Below, piece after piece: positions 19,272-28,776 of a stretch of 64,000 nt of DNA (its first letter is position 1; every line of letters begins with the position of its first letter). This stretch comes from an uncultured Acidobacteriota bacterium (GTDB lineage: Bacteria > Acidobacteriota > Vicinamibacteria > Fen-336). The stretch spans positions 896,001-960,000 of the forward strand of contig OY970399.1 in the NCBI GenBank assembly GCA_963720545.1, written 5' to 3'. The notes below the pieces were generated by a model, which was not told where the DNA came from, searched no databases, and worked only from the letters and a program-made list of their open reading frames with translations. The position numbers and the translations under genes are program-made.

Positions 19272-20498
19272 ATGGAACGGTTCGTCTCGGTGTTCGGCAT
19301 CCTGCTGGTGCTCGCGATCTGCTACACGTTGTCGACGAACCGCAAGGCGATCCAGGGGCGGACCATCCTCTGGGGCCTCGGCATGCAGTTCGTGCTGGCG
19401 CTCTTCGTCCTCAAGACGCCCTTCGGCCAGGCAGCCTTCGCCTGGGTCGGCCACAAGATTCAGGCGCTGCTCGAACTGTCCTACGTGGGCTCGGCGTTCG
19501 TCTTCGGCAAGATCGGCATGAAGGGCGGCGGTGACACCAACGTCGGCTTCATCTTCGCCACCCAGATCCTGCCGGCGATCCTGTTCGTGGCGGCCCTGTT
19601 TGCGGTGCTCTACCACCTCGGCGTCATGCAGCTCGTGGTGCGCGCGGTCGCGAAGGTGATGACGCGGCTCATGGGTGCGAGCGGCGCCGAGAGCCTCAAC
19701 GTGGCGGCCTCCATTTTCATGGGTCAGACCGAGGCGCCGCTCACCATCCGGCCGTTCCTCAACAAGATGACGCAGTCGGAGCTCATGTGCGTGATGACCT
19801 CCGGCATGGCGCACGTCAGCGGCGGGATCATGGCGGCCTACATCGGCTTCGGCATCGAAGCAAAGCACCTGCTCGCGGCGGTCATCATGACGGCGCCCGG
19901 CACAATCCTGCTGGCGAAGATGCTGGTGCCGGAAACCGGCAAGCCCGAGACCGCCGGCGACGTCAACTTTTCCTCGCCGAAGATCGACACCAACATCATC
20001 GGCGCGGCGGCGCGCGGCACCGGCGAGGGCCTGCACCTGGCGCTGAACGTCGCCGCCATGCTCATCACCTTCCTGGCGCTGGTGGCGCTCGTGAACGTGT
20101 TGCTCGGCGCGCTCGGCGGCGTCGTCGGCATGCCGTGGCTCAGCCTCGAGCGAATCCTCGGCTGGGTGTTCGCGCCGCTGGCGCTCGCCATGGGCATTCC
20201 CTGGGGCGAGGCGCGCGTGGTGGGGAACCTGATGGGCACCCGCCTGGTGCTGAACGAGCTGATCGCCTATTCGCAGCTCGGCCCATTGCGCGAGACGCTG
20301 AGCCCGCGCACCTTCACCATGGCGACCTATGCCCTGTGCGGCTTCGCCAACCTCGGCTCGGTCGGCATCCAGATCGGCGGCATCGGCGCGCTGATCCCGG
20401 AGCGGCGCAACGACCTCGCGGCGCTCGGCCTGCGCGCGCTGCTCGCCGGCACCCTCGCGAACTTCATCACCGCCTGCATCGCGGGGGTGCTGTTGTGA
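19272..20498 (+). CDS. nupC: Concentrative nucleoside transporter (CNT, NupC family)
   Basis: GAESLNVAASIFMGQTEAPL, LVLNELIAY, YALCGFANLGSVGIQIGG. Confidence 0.93.
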   Translation: MERFVSVFGILLVLAICYTLSTNRKAIQGRTILWGLGMQFVLALFVLKTPFGQAAFAWVGHKIQALLELSYVGSAFVFGKIGMKGGGDTNVGFIFATQILPAILFVAALFAVLYHLGVMQLVVRAVAKVMTRLMGASGAESLNVAASIFMGQTEAPLTIRPFLNKMTQSELMCVMTSGMAHVSGGIMAAYIGFGIEAKHLLAAVIMTAPGTILLAKMLVPETGKPETAGDVNFSSPKIDTNIIGAAARGTGEGLHLALNVAAMLITFLALVALVNVLLGALGGVVGMPWLSLERILGWVFAPLALAMGIPWGEARVVGNLMGTRLVLNELIAYSQLGPLRETLSPRTFTMATYALCGFANLGSVGIQIGGIGALIPERRNDLAALGLRALLAGTLANFITACIAGVLL

Positions 20499-21340
20499 GC
20501 AGCGTCGTCGCAAAGCTAGACGAGGCAGTGCGCTTCATCTCGGGCCGCACCGCGCTGCGCCCGCGCACGGCCCTCGTCCTCGGTTCGGGCCTCGGCGCCT
20601 TCGCCGACACGCTGCAGGATGCGGTGCGCATCCCCTACAGGGACATCCCGCACTTCCCGGTCTCGACCGCCATCGGCCACAGCGGTACGCTCGTCATCGG
20701 CCGTTCGGAAGGCGTGGTGGTTGCGGTGATGGCGGGCCGCGTGCACTTCTACGAGGGCTACACGATGCAGGAGGTCGTGTTCCCGGCGCGCGTGCTCGGC
20801 CGCTTCGGCATCGACGCGCTGGTGCTCACCAACGCCGCCGGCGCCATCAACAAGGCGTGGAAGCCGGGCGACCTGATGATCATCGAAGACCACATCAACC
20901 TGATGGGCACGAACCCGATGATCGGCCCCAACGAAGACGAATTGGGGCTGCGCTTCTTCGACCTCACCGTCGCCTACGACGCTGGCCTGCGCAAGATCGC
21001 GGCCGCGGCGTGCGCGAAGGCAAGGCTGCGGGCGCGGCGCGGCGTCTACGTTGGGCTGACCGGACCTTCGTACGAGACGCCGGCGGAGATCCGCATGCTG
21101 CGCAAGATGGGCGCCGACGCGGTCGGCATGTCCACGGTTCCGGAGGTGATCGCCGCGCGGCAGATGGGCGTGCGCGTGCTCGGCATCTCGTGCATGACCA
21201 ACATGGCGGCCGGCATCCTCAAGAAGCCGCTGCATCACCAGGAGGTGCTGGACGTCGGCGAGAAGATCAAGGACCGGCTGATGAAGGTGCTGCGCGGCGT
21301 GATCGTCAGCGTCGAGAAGAGCCGTTCGAGGGGCAAGTGA
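20495..21340 (+). CDS. punA: Purine-nucleoside phosphorylase (trimeric type)
   Basis: VLGSGLG, GRVHFYEG, LTNAAG, GPSYETPAE, GADAVGMSTVPE; GTGA overlap. Confidence 0.93.
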   Translation: MSSVVAKLDEAVRFISGRTALRPRTALVLGSGLGAFADTLQDAVRIPYRDIPHFPVSTAIGHSGTLVIGRSEGVVVAVMAGRVHFYEGYTMQEVVFPARVLGRFGIDALVLTNAAGAINKAWKPGDLMIIEDHINLMGTNPMIGPNEDELGLRFFDLTVAYDAGLRKIAAAACAKARLRARRGVYVGLTGPSYETPAEIRMLRKMGADAVGMSTVPEVIAARQMGVRVLGISCMTNMAAGILKKPLHHQEVLDVGEKIKDRLMKVLRGVIVSVEKSRSRGK

Positions 21341-21780
21341 GGAAGAAAGCGAGCAAGCGGGCGGCGCCGGCGCGGCGCGCTTCCGCCACTTCGCTCAAGC
21401 TGCTCGCGGCGTTCGCCCACGACGCCCGCGAGCTGGCGCACGCGCCCTTCTCGAAGTTCAAGGTGGGCGCCGCGCTGCGCACGCCCACCGGCGAGATCGT
21501 CACCGGCTGCAACATCGAGAACGCCTCGTACGGGCTCACCCTGTGCGCCGAGCGCGTGGCCATCTTCAAGGCCGTATCCGAGGGCATCCGCAAGTTCGAG
21601 ACGATCGCGATCGTGGCGGACGCGCGCGGCAGCATCGCGGCGCCGTGCGGCGCCTGCCGCCAGATCATCTGGGAGTTCTGCGGCGACGTCTGGGTGCACA
21701 TGGCCGACCTGCGCGGCCGCTCGCGCACCGTGCGCATGTCCGAGCTTCTGCCGTACCCGTTCGACAGGAGCAACCTCTGA
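21337..21780 (+). CDS. cdd: Cytidine deaminase (homotetrameric type)
   Basis: APFSKFKVGAA, GCNIENASYG, CAERVA, PCGACRQ. Confidence 0.95.
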   Translation: MRKKASKRAAPARRASATSLKLLAAFAHDARELAHAPFSKFKVGAALRTPTGEIVTGCNIENASYGLTLCAERVAIFKAVSEGIRKFETIAIVADARGSIAAPCGACRQIIWEFCGDVWVHMADLRGRSRTVRMSELLPYPFDRSNL

Positions 21781-21785
21781 AGCTC

Positions 21786-23180
21786 GTGCTGCGCTTCACC
21801 TTCTGCCTGCTCGCGGCAGCGGTGACCTCCAGCGCCACGGCCGCACCACGGCCCGTAGACCTCGTCGTCACCCACGGCACGCTCGTCACCATCGATCCGA
21901 AGCGCCGCGTCATCAAGGACGGCGCGCTTGCAATCGACAAGGGCGCGATCGTGGCGGTCGGCACGGCCAGCGAGGTGGCCGCCGCATACAAGGGGCGCGA
22001 CACCATCGCCCTCGCCGGCGACCTCGTCATCCCCGGCCTAGTCAACGCCCACACCCACGCGCCCATGGTCCTGTTCCGCGGCATCGCCGACGACATGGAC
22101 CTCATGGACTGGCTGCGCAACTACATCTTCCCCGCCGAGGCGCGCAACGTGACCCCCGAGTTCGTGCGCGCCGGCATGCGGCTCGCGGCGCTCGAGATGA
22201 TCCGTTCCGGCACCACCACCTTTTTCGACATGTACTACTTCGAGGATGCGGTGGCCGAGGTGGTGAAGCAGGCCGGCATGCGGGCGGTGCTCGCTGCAAC
22301 GCTCATCGAGATCGAGGCGCCGGACGGCAAGACGGTGGCCGACCAGGCGCGCGCGGCCGAGGCGTTCCTCACCCGCTGGCAGGGCGACCCGCTCATCACC
22401 CCCGCGGTCGGGCCGCACTCTCCGTACCTGTGCGGCCCCGATACGCTGCGCATCGCGCGCGAACTGGCCGACCGCCACAAGGCACCGGTACTGATCCACC
22501 TGAGCGAGTCGCCGTTCGAGCAGAAGATCGTCGCCGAGCGCTACCACCAGACCTCGACCGAACTGCTGCGCGATGCCGGGCTGCTGCGCAAGGGCCTGGT
22601 CGGCAACCACGGCGTGTGGTTGTCGCCCGAAGACCGCAAGCTGCTGCTCGATGCCGGCGCCGGCGTCGCCCACTGCCCGCAGAGCAACATGAAGCTCGCT
22701 TCGGGCGCCGCGCCCGTCAACGCCATGATGAACGAGGGAGTGCGCCTCGGGCTCGGCACCGACGGCGCCGCCAGCAACAACGACCTCGACATGTTCGAGG
22801 AGATGGCGACCGCGGCACTCCTCGGCAAGCACTCGACCGGCGACCCGAAGGCGACGCCGGCGGCGAAGGTGCTGGAGATGGCGACCCTCGGCGGCGCGCG
22901 CGCCATCGGCATGGAAGACCGCTTCGGCTCGCTCGAGACCGGCAAGCGCGCCGACGTCACCATCGTCGGCATCGATGCTTTCCGCATGCACCCGCTGTTC
23001 GACCCGGTGTCGCACCTCGTGTACGCCGCCAAGGGCGCCGACGTCCGCCACGTCATCATCGACGGCCGCGTGGTGATGCGCGACCGCAAGGTGCTCACCC
23101 TCGATGCCGACGCGGTGGTCGCGGAAGCCGATCGCATGCGGCAGCAGGTGGTGCGCACGCTCGGCGAACGCAGCCAGTGA
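21786..23180 (+). CDS. Amidohydrolase, 5'-methylthioadenosine/SAH deaminase-like, with apparent signal peptide
   Basis: PGLVNAHTH, SGTTTFFDMY, IHLSE, HCPQSNMKLASG, GTDGAASNNDLDM; N-term LRFTFCLLAAAVTSSATA. Confidence 0.85.
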   Translation: MLRFTFCLLAAAVTSSATAAPRPVDLVVTHGTLVTIDPKRRVIKDGALAIDKGAIVAVGTASEVAAAYKGRDTIALAGDLVIPGLVNAHTHAPMVLFRGIADDMDLMDWLRNYIFPAEARNVTPEFVRAGMRLAALEMIRSGTTTFFDMYYFEDAVAEVVKQAGMRAVLAATLIEIEAPDGKTVADQARAAEAFLTRWQGDPLITPAVGPHSPYLCGPDTLRIARELADRHKAPVLIHLSESPFEQKIVAERYHQTSTELLRDAGLLRKGLVGNHGVWLSPEDRKLLLDAGAGVAHCPQSNMKLASGAAPVNAMMNEGVRLGLGTDGAASNNDLDMFEEMATAALLGKHSTGDPKATPAAKVLEMATLGGARAIGMEDRFGSLETGKRADVTIVGIDAFRMHPLFDPVSHLVYAAKGADVRHVIIDGRVVMRDRKVLTLDADAVVAEADRMRQQVVRTLGERSQ

Positions 23181-24124
23181 AGCGCCGCCCCGCGCCATTG
23201 CCGAAGGCGCCACCCTCAGCCTTCGGCGTGCTCCCGACCGAACAGCGCAACCCGCGCAGCACCGGGCTCGACACGATGAGCGCCCAGGCCATCGTCAAGC
23301 TGCTGCTCGAGGAAGACCGGCGGGCGCTGTCCGCCGCCTTGCGCCAGGTGGCGCCGCTCGCGCGCGCCGCCGATGCGTTCGCGGCGGCATTCGCAGGCGG
23401 CGGCTCGGTGCTGTTTGCCGGCGCCGGCACCAGCGGCCGGCTCGGCGTGCTCGAGGCGGCCGAGTGCCCGCCGACGTTCGGCGTCGACCCCGAGCGCGTG
23501 CGCGCGTCCATGGCGGGCGGCGAGCGCGCGGTGTTCCGCGCCGTGGAAGGCGCCGAAGACGACTTCGAGAGCGGCCAGCGCGAAGGCCGCACCTTACAGC
23601 GTGGCGACCTGCTGATCGCGATCTCCGCGAGTTCGGTGACGCCCTTCGCGCGCGGCACCCTGGCCGGCGCGCGCGGCCGAGGCGCGGCTACGGTGCTCGT
23701 CACCTGCGCGAAGACCCGCGCGCTGGCAACACTCGCCGACATCGTGATCGCGATCGCGACCGGGCCGGAGGCGCTCACCGGCTCGACCCGCCTCAAGGCC
23801 GGCTCCGCCACCAAGGCCGCCCTCAACGCCATCACCACGGCGGCGATGGTCAAGCTCGGCAAGGCCTACCAAAACCTGATGGTGGACCTGCGTCCGGGGT
23901 CGGTGAAACTACGCGACCGCGCGCGCCGCATCATTGCCGCCACCACCGGAGCCGGCCCCGACCACGCGAGCCAGGCGCTCGCCGACTCGCAGGGCGAAGT
24001 GAAGACCGCGATCGTGATGCTGGCGCGCGGCGTGGATGCGGTTGCGGCGCGCACCCTGCTGGAGTCGGCCGGCGGCCACGTCCGCCGTGCGCTGCGACTG
24101 CGCCTTCCGTCAAACGGCAGATAG
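23177..24124 (+). CDS. murQ: N-acetylmuramic acid 6-phosphate etherase
   Basis: TEQRNP, GAGTSGRLG, AAECPPTFG, EGAED, GPEALTGSTRLKAG, NLMVD. Confidence 0.93.
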   Translation: MKRRPAPLPKAPPSAFGVLPTEQRNPRSTGLDTMSAQAIVKLLLEEDRRALSAALRQVAPLARAADAFAAAFAGGGSVLFAGAGTSGRLGVLEAAECPPTFGVDPERVRASMAGGERAVFRAVEGAEDDFESGQREGRTLQRGDLLIAISASSVTPFARGTLAGARGRGAATVLVTCAKTRALATLADIVIAIATGPEALTGSTRLKAGSATKAALNAITTAAMVKLGKAYQNLMVDLRPGSVKLRDRARRIIAATTGAGPDHASQALADSQGEVKTAIVMLARGVDAVAARTLLESAGGHVRRALRLRLPSNGR

Positions 24125-24130
24125 CAACGC

Positions 24131-24685
24131 TTAGCCGCGGGTCGGCTCCACGGGACGCAGCACCACGCGGCCGCCGTGGCGCAGGTGCGGGCACTCGCGC
24201 GCGATGCGCAGCGCCTCGGCTTCGGTCGCGGCGCGCACCAGGAAGAAGCCGCCCAGGAGGCCACCGGGCGCATTGGCCCGCGCTTCGCGCCGCTCCTCGC
24301 GGTCCCGCACGAACGTCACCTCGGCGCCGCGCAGCTTCTCGGCGCCCACCAGGCTTTGTGATGCGGCAAGGGCGCCGGCCCATGCCGAATACTCGCTGAC
24401 GCGGGCTGCTTCCTCGGCCGGCGGCGTCTCGGAACCGGGATCGTCGTACAGGAGCAGGAGGTACTGCGCGCGAGGATCGCCCGCTTCGACAACGGCGGCC
24501 GGCGCCGCCATGCGACGTCCGGCTGCGGCGCCCGCCACGAGACAGACGATCGCGGCCGCAGCGGCGGCGAGCGCGTTGACGCGGCGCTTCTGTTTGCCCA
24601 GCACCCCCGCGCGGCGCAGCGCTGCCACCGTGCGCTCCTCGGCGTCCGCGGGCGGCTGCAGTTCAGGCGGCAACGATTCCAGCAT
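24131..24685 (-). CDS. Membrane-anchored YciI-domain protein, putative anti-sigma factor
   Basis: Short N-terminal segment, TM ALAAAAAAIVCLVAGAAAG, then YLLLLY...EYSAWA...LGGFFLVRA..EAEALRIARECPHL..GG.V.LRP. Confidence 0.75.
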   Translation of the reverse strand: MLESLPPELQPPADAEERTVAALRRAGVLGKQKRRVNALAAAAAAIVCLVAGAAAGRRMAAPAAVVEAGDPRAQYLLLLYDDPGSETPPAEEAARVSEYSAWAGALAASQSLVGAEKLRGAEVTFVRDREERREARANAPGGLLGGFFLVRAATEAEALRIARECPHLRHGGRVVLRPVEPTRG

Positions 24686-24701
24686 CGTCTTCCTTCCTCT
24701 C

Positions 24702-25232
24702 TCATCCCCTGGCGGCGGATTCGCCGCCAAGGCGCAGGCGCAGGATGCCGCGCGCCCGGAACAACTGGCTCTTCGACGTGCCCGGCTCGACGCCCAGCAT
24801 CGCGGCGATCTCTTCGTGGGTGAAACCCAGGACATCGTGCAGCAGCAGCACCTCGCGGTGGCCCGGGGCGAGCGACGCCAGCGCCGCATCGAGGTCGAGG
24901 CGCACTCCGGGGTCCTGCGCATCGCCTTCTTCAGACACGTCGCCTTGCGGCGAGCGCCGGCGCAGCGCTTCGCGCGCGCAATTCACGACATAGCCGCACA
25001 GCCACGAGCGCAGCGACGAGCGCCACTCGAACCTGGAGAAGGCACCGGTCGCTCGCAGCCACGCCTCCTGCAGCGCGTCCTCGGCGTCGGCGCGCTCGCG
25101 CGTCAGGCGCACGGCGAGGCCGAACATGGCGGGCGCGTGCCGGCGGTAGAGGACGCGGAACGACTCCTCGTCGCCGGCACGCAGCACGGCCGCCACCAGC
25201 TCGCGGTCGCCGCGCGCGTCGTCCTCCTTCAG
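24702..25232 (-). CDS. ECF RNA polymerase sigma factor
   Basis: GDEESFRVLYRRH, DAEDALQEAWL, SSLRSWL (region 2); REVLLLHDVLGFTHEEIA..LG...GTSKSQLFRAR (region 4); start uncertain. Confidence 0.9.
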   Translation of the reverse strand: MKEDDARGDRELVAAVLRAGDEESFRVLYRRHAPAMFGLAVRLTRERADAEDALQEAWLRATGAFSRFEWRSSLRSWLCGYVVNCAREALRRRSPQGDVSEEGDAQDPGVRLDLDAALASLAPGHREVLLLHDVLGFTHEEIAAMLGVEPGTSKSQLFRARGILRLRLGGESAARG

Positions 25233-25666
25233 GGCAGGTCCTCGATCGGCCGCAGCACGATGGTGCCGCCGTACTTGAGGTGCGGGCAGCTCCTGGCGAT
25301 CGCGAGCGCTTCGCTCGAGTCCTTTGCTGCGATGACGAAGTAGCCCGCGAGGCCGCCCGGCTTGCCTTGCGGCAGTTCCGCCGCCGTCACCGCGCGTGCC
25401 TTCGCGCCGTTCAGCACCGTACCGGCGTCCTGCAGCTTCTCGCCGCCGACCATCTGGCCGCGCTCGCCGAGTTCCTTCGCCCACGCCTGGTACTCGGCGA
25501 CCCGGTCGCTTTGCCCGGGAGCGGCGCTCGCCTGGTAGCTCGCGTCCTCGTGGAGGAGCAGCAGGAAACGCGCTTTGGCTGGTGGCGTCGCGGTTTGGGC
25601 ATGCGCCACGGCCGTGGCGGCCAGTGCCGCGCCGAGGCCGATGAAGACGGCTCTATCGATTCTCAT
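25229..25666 (-). CDS. Secreted YciI-family protein
   Basis: Signal peptide MRIDRAVFIGLGAALAATAVAHA-Q; FLLLLH...EYQAWA...LAGYFVIAA...EALAIARSCPHL..GG.IVLRP. Confidence 0.8.
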   Translation of the reverse strand: MRIDRAVFIGLGAALAATAVAHAQTATPPAKARFLLLLHEDASYQASAAPGQSDRVAEYQAWAKELGERGQMVGGEKLQDAGTVLNGAKARAVTAAELPQGKPGGLAGYFVIAAKDSSEALAIARSCPHLKYGGTIVLRPIEDLP

Positions 25667-25754
25667 GATGGTCCTCGCCTTTCAAGGCTTGCGAGCCGGC
25701 GGGGCCGGACGCAAGGGTTCGCTGCTTGGTGAGGCAGTGCCCCCGAAAGGTTGC

Positions 25755-26459
25755 TTACAGGCGGCTCGCGGCTTCCCGGTCGACGAGCAGCGTCAGGTCG
25801 GCGTGCGCCGCGAGGAACGAGCAGGGCCAGCGCGGATCCTCCGGTCCGTTCGCGAGCGCCCGCACCGCTTCCGCCTTGGCGGCACCGGTCGCCATCACCA
25901 GGATCCGGCGCGCGCTCCTGATGGTGCCGATGCCCATGGTGATGGCGCGCAGCGGCCATTCGGCGTGCGGGATGTCGAGGGCGGTCGCGAGGCCGTCGGG
26001 CAGCCGTGTGACATGGGTCGCGAGCGCCAGCGGTCCCGGCATGTTGTAGGCGATGTGGCCGTCGGCGCCGAGGCCGAGGATCGCGAGGTCGAGGCCTCCG
26101 GCCGCGGCCAGCGCGGCCTCGTAGCGGCTGCATTCGCCTTCGGGGTCGGAAGCCTCGCCGTCGGGGATGTCGCAGCGCGCGCGCAGCAGCAGCCCGGGGC
26201 CGTAAACGTGCTGCTGCATGTACGAATGGAACGAGCGCGGGTCGTGGCGCGGCAGCAGCAGCTCGTCGAGGTTGAAGCCGCGCGCGCCGGTGAGGTCGAT
26301 CGCGCGCAGGAGCAGGCGGCGGTGCAGCTCCGCGTACATCGCAATGGGCGTGCGGCCGGTGGGCAGCGCCAGCACGATGTCCGGCCGGTAGGCCGCGACC
26401 ACGAAATCGGCGGCGGCGCGCGCCACGTCCGCGGCCCGCTCCAGTGTCTCGATCTTCAT
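25755..26459 (-). CDS. nagB: Glucosamine-6-phosphate deaminase
   Basis: LALPTGRTP, FNLDE, GGLDLAILGLGADGHIAYN, AITMGIGTI, ATGAAKA. Confidence 0.9.
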   Translation of the reverse strand: MKIETLERAADVARAAADFVVAAYRPDIVLALPTGRTPIAMYAELHRRLLLRAIDLTGARGFNLDELLLPRHDPRSFHSYMQQHVYGPGLLLRARCDIPDGEASDPEGECSRYEAALAAAGGLDLAILGLGADGHIAYNMPGPLALATHVTRLPDGLATALDIPHAEWPLRAITMGIGTIRSARRILVMATGAAKAEAVRALANGPEDPRWPCSFLAAHADLTLLVDREAASRL

Positions 26460-27220
26460 AGGGCCTCGAAGTTGATGCGCTCGACGCCGAGGGCGCGCAT
26501 CATCGAGCGCACCCGGATATCCTGCAGCGCCTTGCGCTCGGCCTCGCGCGGTTCGGCATAGCCGCTGCTGCTGCGCAGTTCCTCGTCCACGTGGGCCGGA
26601 TGGCACATGAGCTCGGTGGTGCCCGCCTCGAGGCTGTACAGCACCTCCTCGAGGGTGTCGACGTTGGCCGTGCCACCGAAGAACGATGCGACGAAGCGGT
26701 CGGTCGTGCGTACGCCGCTGGCGCGCAGGCGCTCGGCCATCTCCGGGCCGGTGTTGCGCACCGGCCGTTCACATTCGCGCGCCAGCGTCACCACCGCCTC
26801 GAACACCACGGGCAGCTCGTGGCTGTGATGGTGGGAATCGAAGTGGGTTGGCTGGCGGCCCATGATCGTCTGAAAGAGCTGCAGTTGCGCGCGCGCCTCG
26901 GCCAGAACCTCGCTCGGGTCGGGGCCGAGCGCCGCCAGGCCTTCGGGCTTGGCGGCGAGCCGGCCGCTGGCATCACAGAGGCTCGGGATCTGCGCGGCGG
27001 GCAGTGCGGAAGCGCCACCCGTCAGCGCCACGTGCAGGCCGATGCCAAGGCCCGGATGCGCGCGCGAGAGTTCGGGCACGTTGCGGGCCGCCTCGTAATT
27101 CACCATCATCGTGGCGCTGGTGACGACGCCCGCCGCGTGCGCCTCGAAGACGCCGCGGTTGATGCCGCGGGTGCGGCCGAGGTCATCGGCGTTCACGATC
27201 AGGCGCTTCTTCATCGTCAT
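26456..27220 (-). CDS. ChbG/HpnK (YdjC) family carbohydrate deacetylase
   Basis: LIVNADDLG, GVVTSAT, GIGLH, PTHFDSHHH, ELMCHP; ATGA overlap. Confidence 0.9.
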   Translation of the reverse strand: MTMKKRLIVNADDLGRTRGINRGVFEAHAAGVVTSATMMVNYEAARNVPELSRAHPGLGIGLHVALTGGASALPAAQIPSLCDASGRLAAKPEGLAALGPDPSEVLAEARAQLQLFQTIMGRQPTHFDSHHHSHELPVVFEAVVTLARECERPVRNTGPEMAERLRASGVRTTDRFVASFFGGTANVDTLEEVLYSLEAGTTELMCHPAHVDEELRSSSGYAEPREAERKALQDIRVRSMMRALGVERINFEAL

Positions 27221-28140
27221 TGGGGGCGCGCTCGCAAGACCAGCTCCAGCGCCAGCCGCACCGCGCCGTGCGCGGGACTGCGATCGAGCAGGTGCGGATC
27301 GGCGTGCGCGAAGCCGGGATCGGCGGTCAGCGCAAAGGCAACACTGGGGCACGCCTTGAAGGCGCCACCCGCCATCACGAAGCGCACCGCGCCGTCCTGG
27401 AAGTCGAGCTGGCGGTGCACCGCCGCGGCCGACGCGCGCAGCTCGAGAATGCCCTGGTCGCGGATCAGGGTCGCGGCCTCATCGCCTTCGTTCGCGGCCA
27501 TCTCCACCAGCGGCGCGAGGTCGGCGATCTCCGCGGTGCCGAGACGCTGCTCGTAGACGACCGGCACCAGGTCGGAGACGACCGTCGCGCCGAGCGCCGC
27601 GAGCACGCCTTCTTCCAGCAGGCTCTTCTGCCCACGCCCGTCCGACGACTTGATGGCGGCGCGCAACGCCTGCTCGCCGAACCAGTAGCTCGAGCCCTGG
27701 TCGGCCATGACGTGGCCGAGGCCGCTGGCGCGCGCGGTGGTGCCCGCCGGGTCGATGCCGTAAGCCATGGAGCCGGTGCCGGCGATGACCACGATGCCGC
27801 GGCAGGTCGGCGACCCGGCCGCGAGCGCGATGGCGGCGTCGTTCACCACCCGCGAATTGTCGCGGAAGCCGAGGCGGCGCAGGATGCCGTTCATGAGTTC
27901 GGCGTCCTTCGGCCGGTCCACGCCGGCCATGCCGATACAAAAGGCCGCCGGCCGGCCGGGCGGGCCGAGCTGTTCGATCAGGTCGTCGAGCGTCTTCTCG
28001 ACGCCCAGCTCGCCGTGCGTCTGCAGGTTGGCGCCCGGCCCCTTCACCTGGGCCAGCACCTCGCCTTCGCCGTTCGCAAGCAGCGCCGTCGTCTGGGTGC
28101 CGCCGGCGTCGATGCCGACAACGAACAGGGCCGGGTCCAC
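27217..28140 (-). CDS. BadF/BadG/BcrA/BcrD-type N-acetylglucosamine/N-acetylmuramic acid kinase
   Basis: GIDAGGTQT, IGMAG, VNDA, IAGTGS, ADQGSSYW. Confidence 0.88.
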   Translation of the reverse strand: MDPALFVVGIDAGGTQTTALLANGEGEVLAQVKGPGANLQTHGELGVEKTLDDLIEQLGPPGRPAAFCIGMAGVDRPKDAELMNGILRRLGFRDNSRVVNDAAIALAAGSPTCRGIVVIAGTGSMAYGIDPAGTTARASGLGHVMADQGSSYWFGEQALRAAIKSSDGRGQKSLLEEGVLAALGATVVSDLVPVVYEQRLGTAEIADLAPLVEMAANEGDEAATLIRDQGILELRASAAAVHRQLDFQDGAVRFVMAGGAFKACPSVAFALTADPGFAHADPHLLDRSPAHGAVRLALELVLRARPQ

Positions 28141-28154
28141 GCGCAACCGGCCCG

Positions 28155-28664
28155 CTACTGGCCGTACACGACGATGTCGGAGAGGTTGCGGTACTTCTCG
28201 TTGTAGTCGAGACCGTAGCCGACCACGAAGCGGTCCTCGATCTCGAAGCCGACGTAGTCCGCCTGCACCTGCACCAGCCGGCGCGACGGCTTCGACAGCA
28301 GCGAGGCGACCTTCACCGAGCGCGGCCCGCGGTTGCGCAGCAGGTTGATGAGGTAATTGAGCGTGAGGCCGGTGTCGACGATGTCCTCCACCACGATCAG
28401 GTCCTTGCCCTCGAGACCCTGGTCGAGGTCCTTGATGAGGCGCACCTCGCCGGAGGTCTTGGTGGCTGCGCCGTAGGAGGAGACCGCGATGTAGTCGAGG
28501 GTGAGCGGCAGGTCGATCTGGCGGCACAGGTCGGTCATGAACGAGCACGCGCCTTTCAGCACGCACACCATGTGCGGCTCCCTGCCCGCGTAGTCCCTGG
28601 TGATCGCGGCGCCCAACTCCTGGATGCGGTCCTGGATCTGGGCGCGCGAGAGAAGAACCTTCAT
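28155..28664 (-). CDS. hpt: Hypoxanthine phosphoribosyltransferase
   Basis: VLKGA, VSSYG, VEDIVDTGLTL, FVVGYGLDYNEKYRNL. Confidence 0.95.
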   Translation of the reverse strand: MKVLLSRAQIQDRIQELGAAITRDYAGREPHMVCVLKGACSFMTDLCRQIDLPLTLDYIAVSSYGAATKTSGEVRLIKDLDQGLEGKDLIVVEDIVDTGLTLNYLINLLRNRGPRSVKVASLLSKPSRRLVQVQADYVGFEIEDRFVVGYGLDYNEKYRNLSDIVVYGQ

Positions 28665-28776
28665 TTCGGTCAGGGCTCACTCCTTGAATGAAGACGGTGC
28701 CGGATGGCAAATTATAAGTGCTATATTCAGCCACCTTCCCAAAGACGCGGCCTTTTTGGCATTCCCTCGGAGATTC

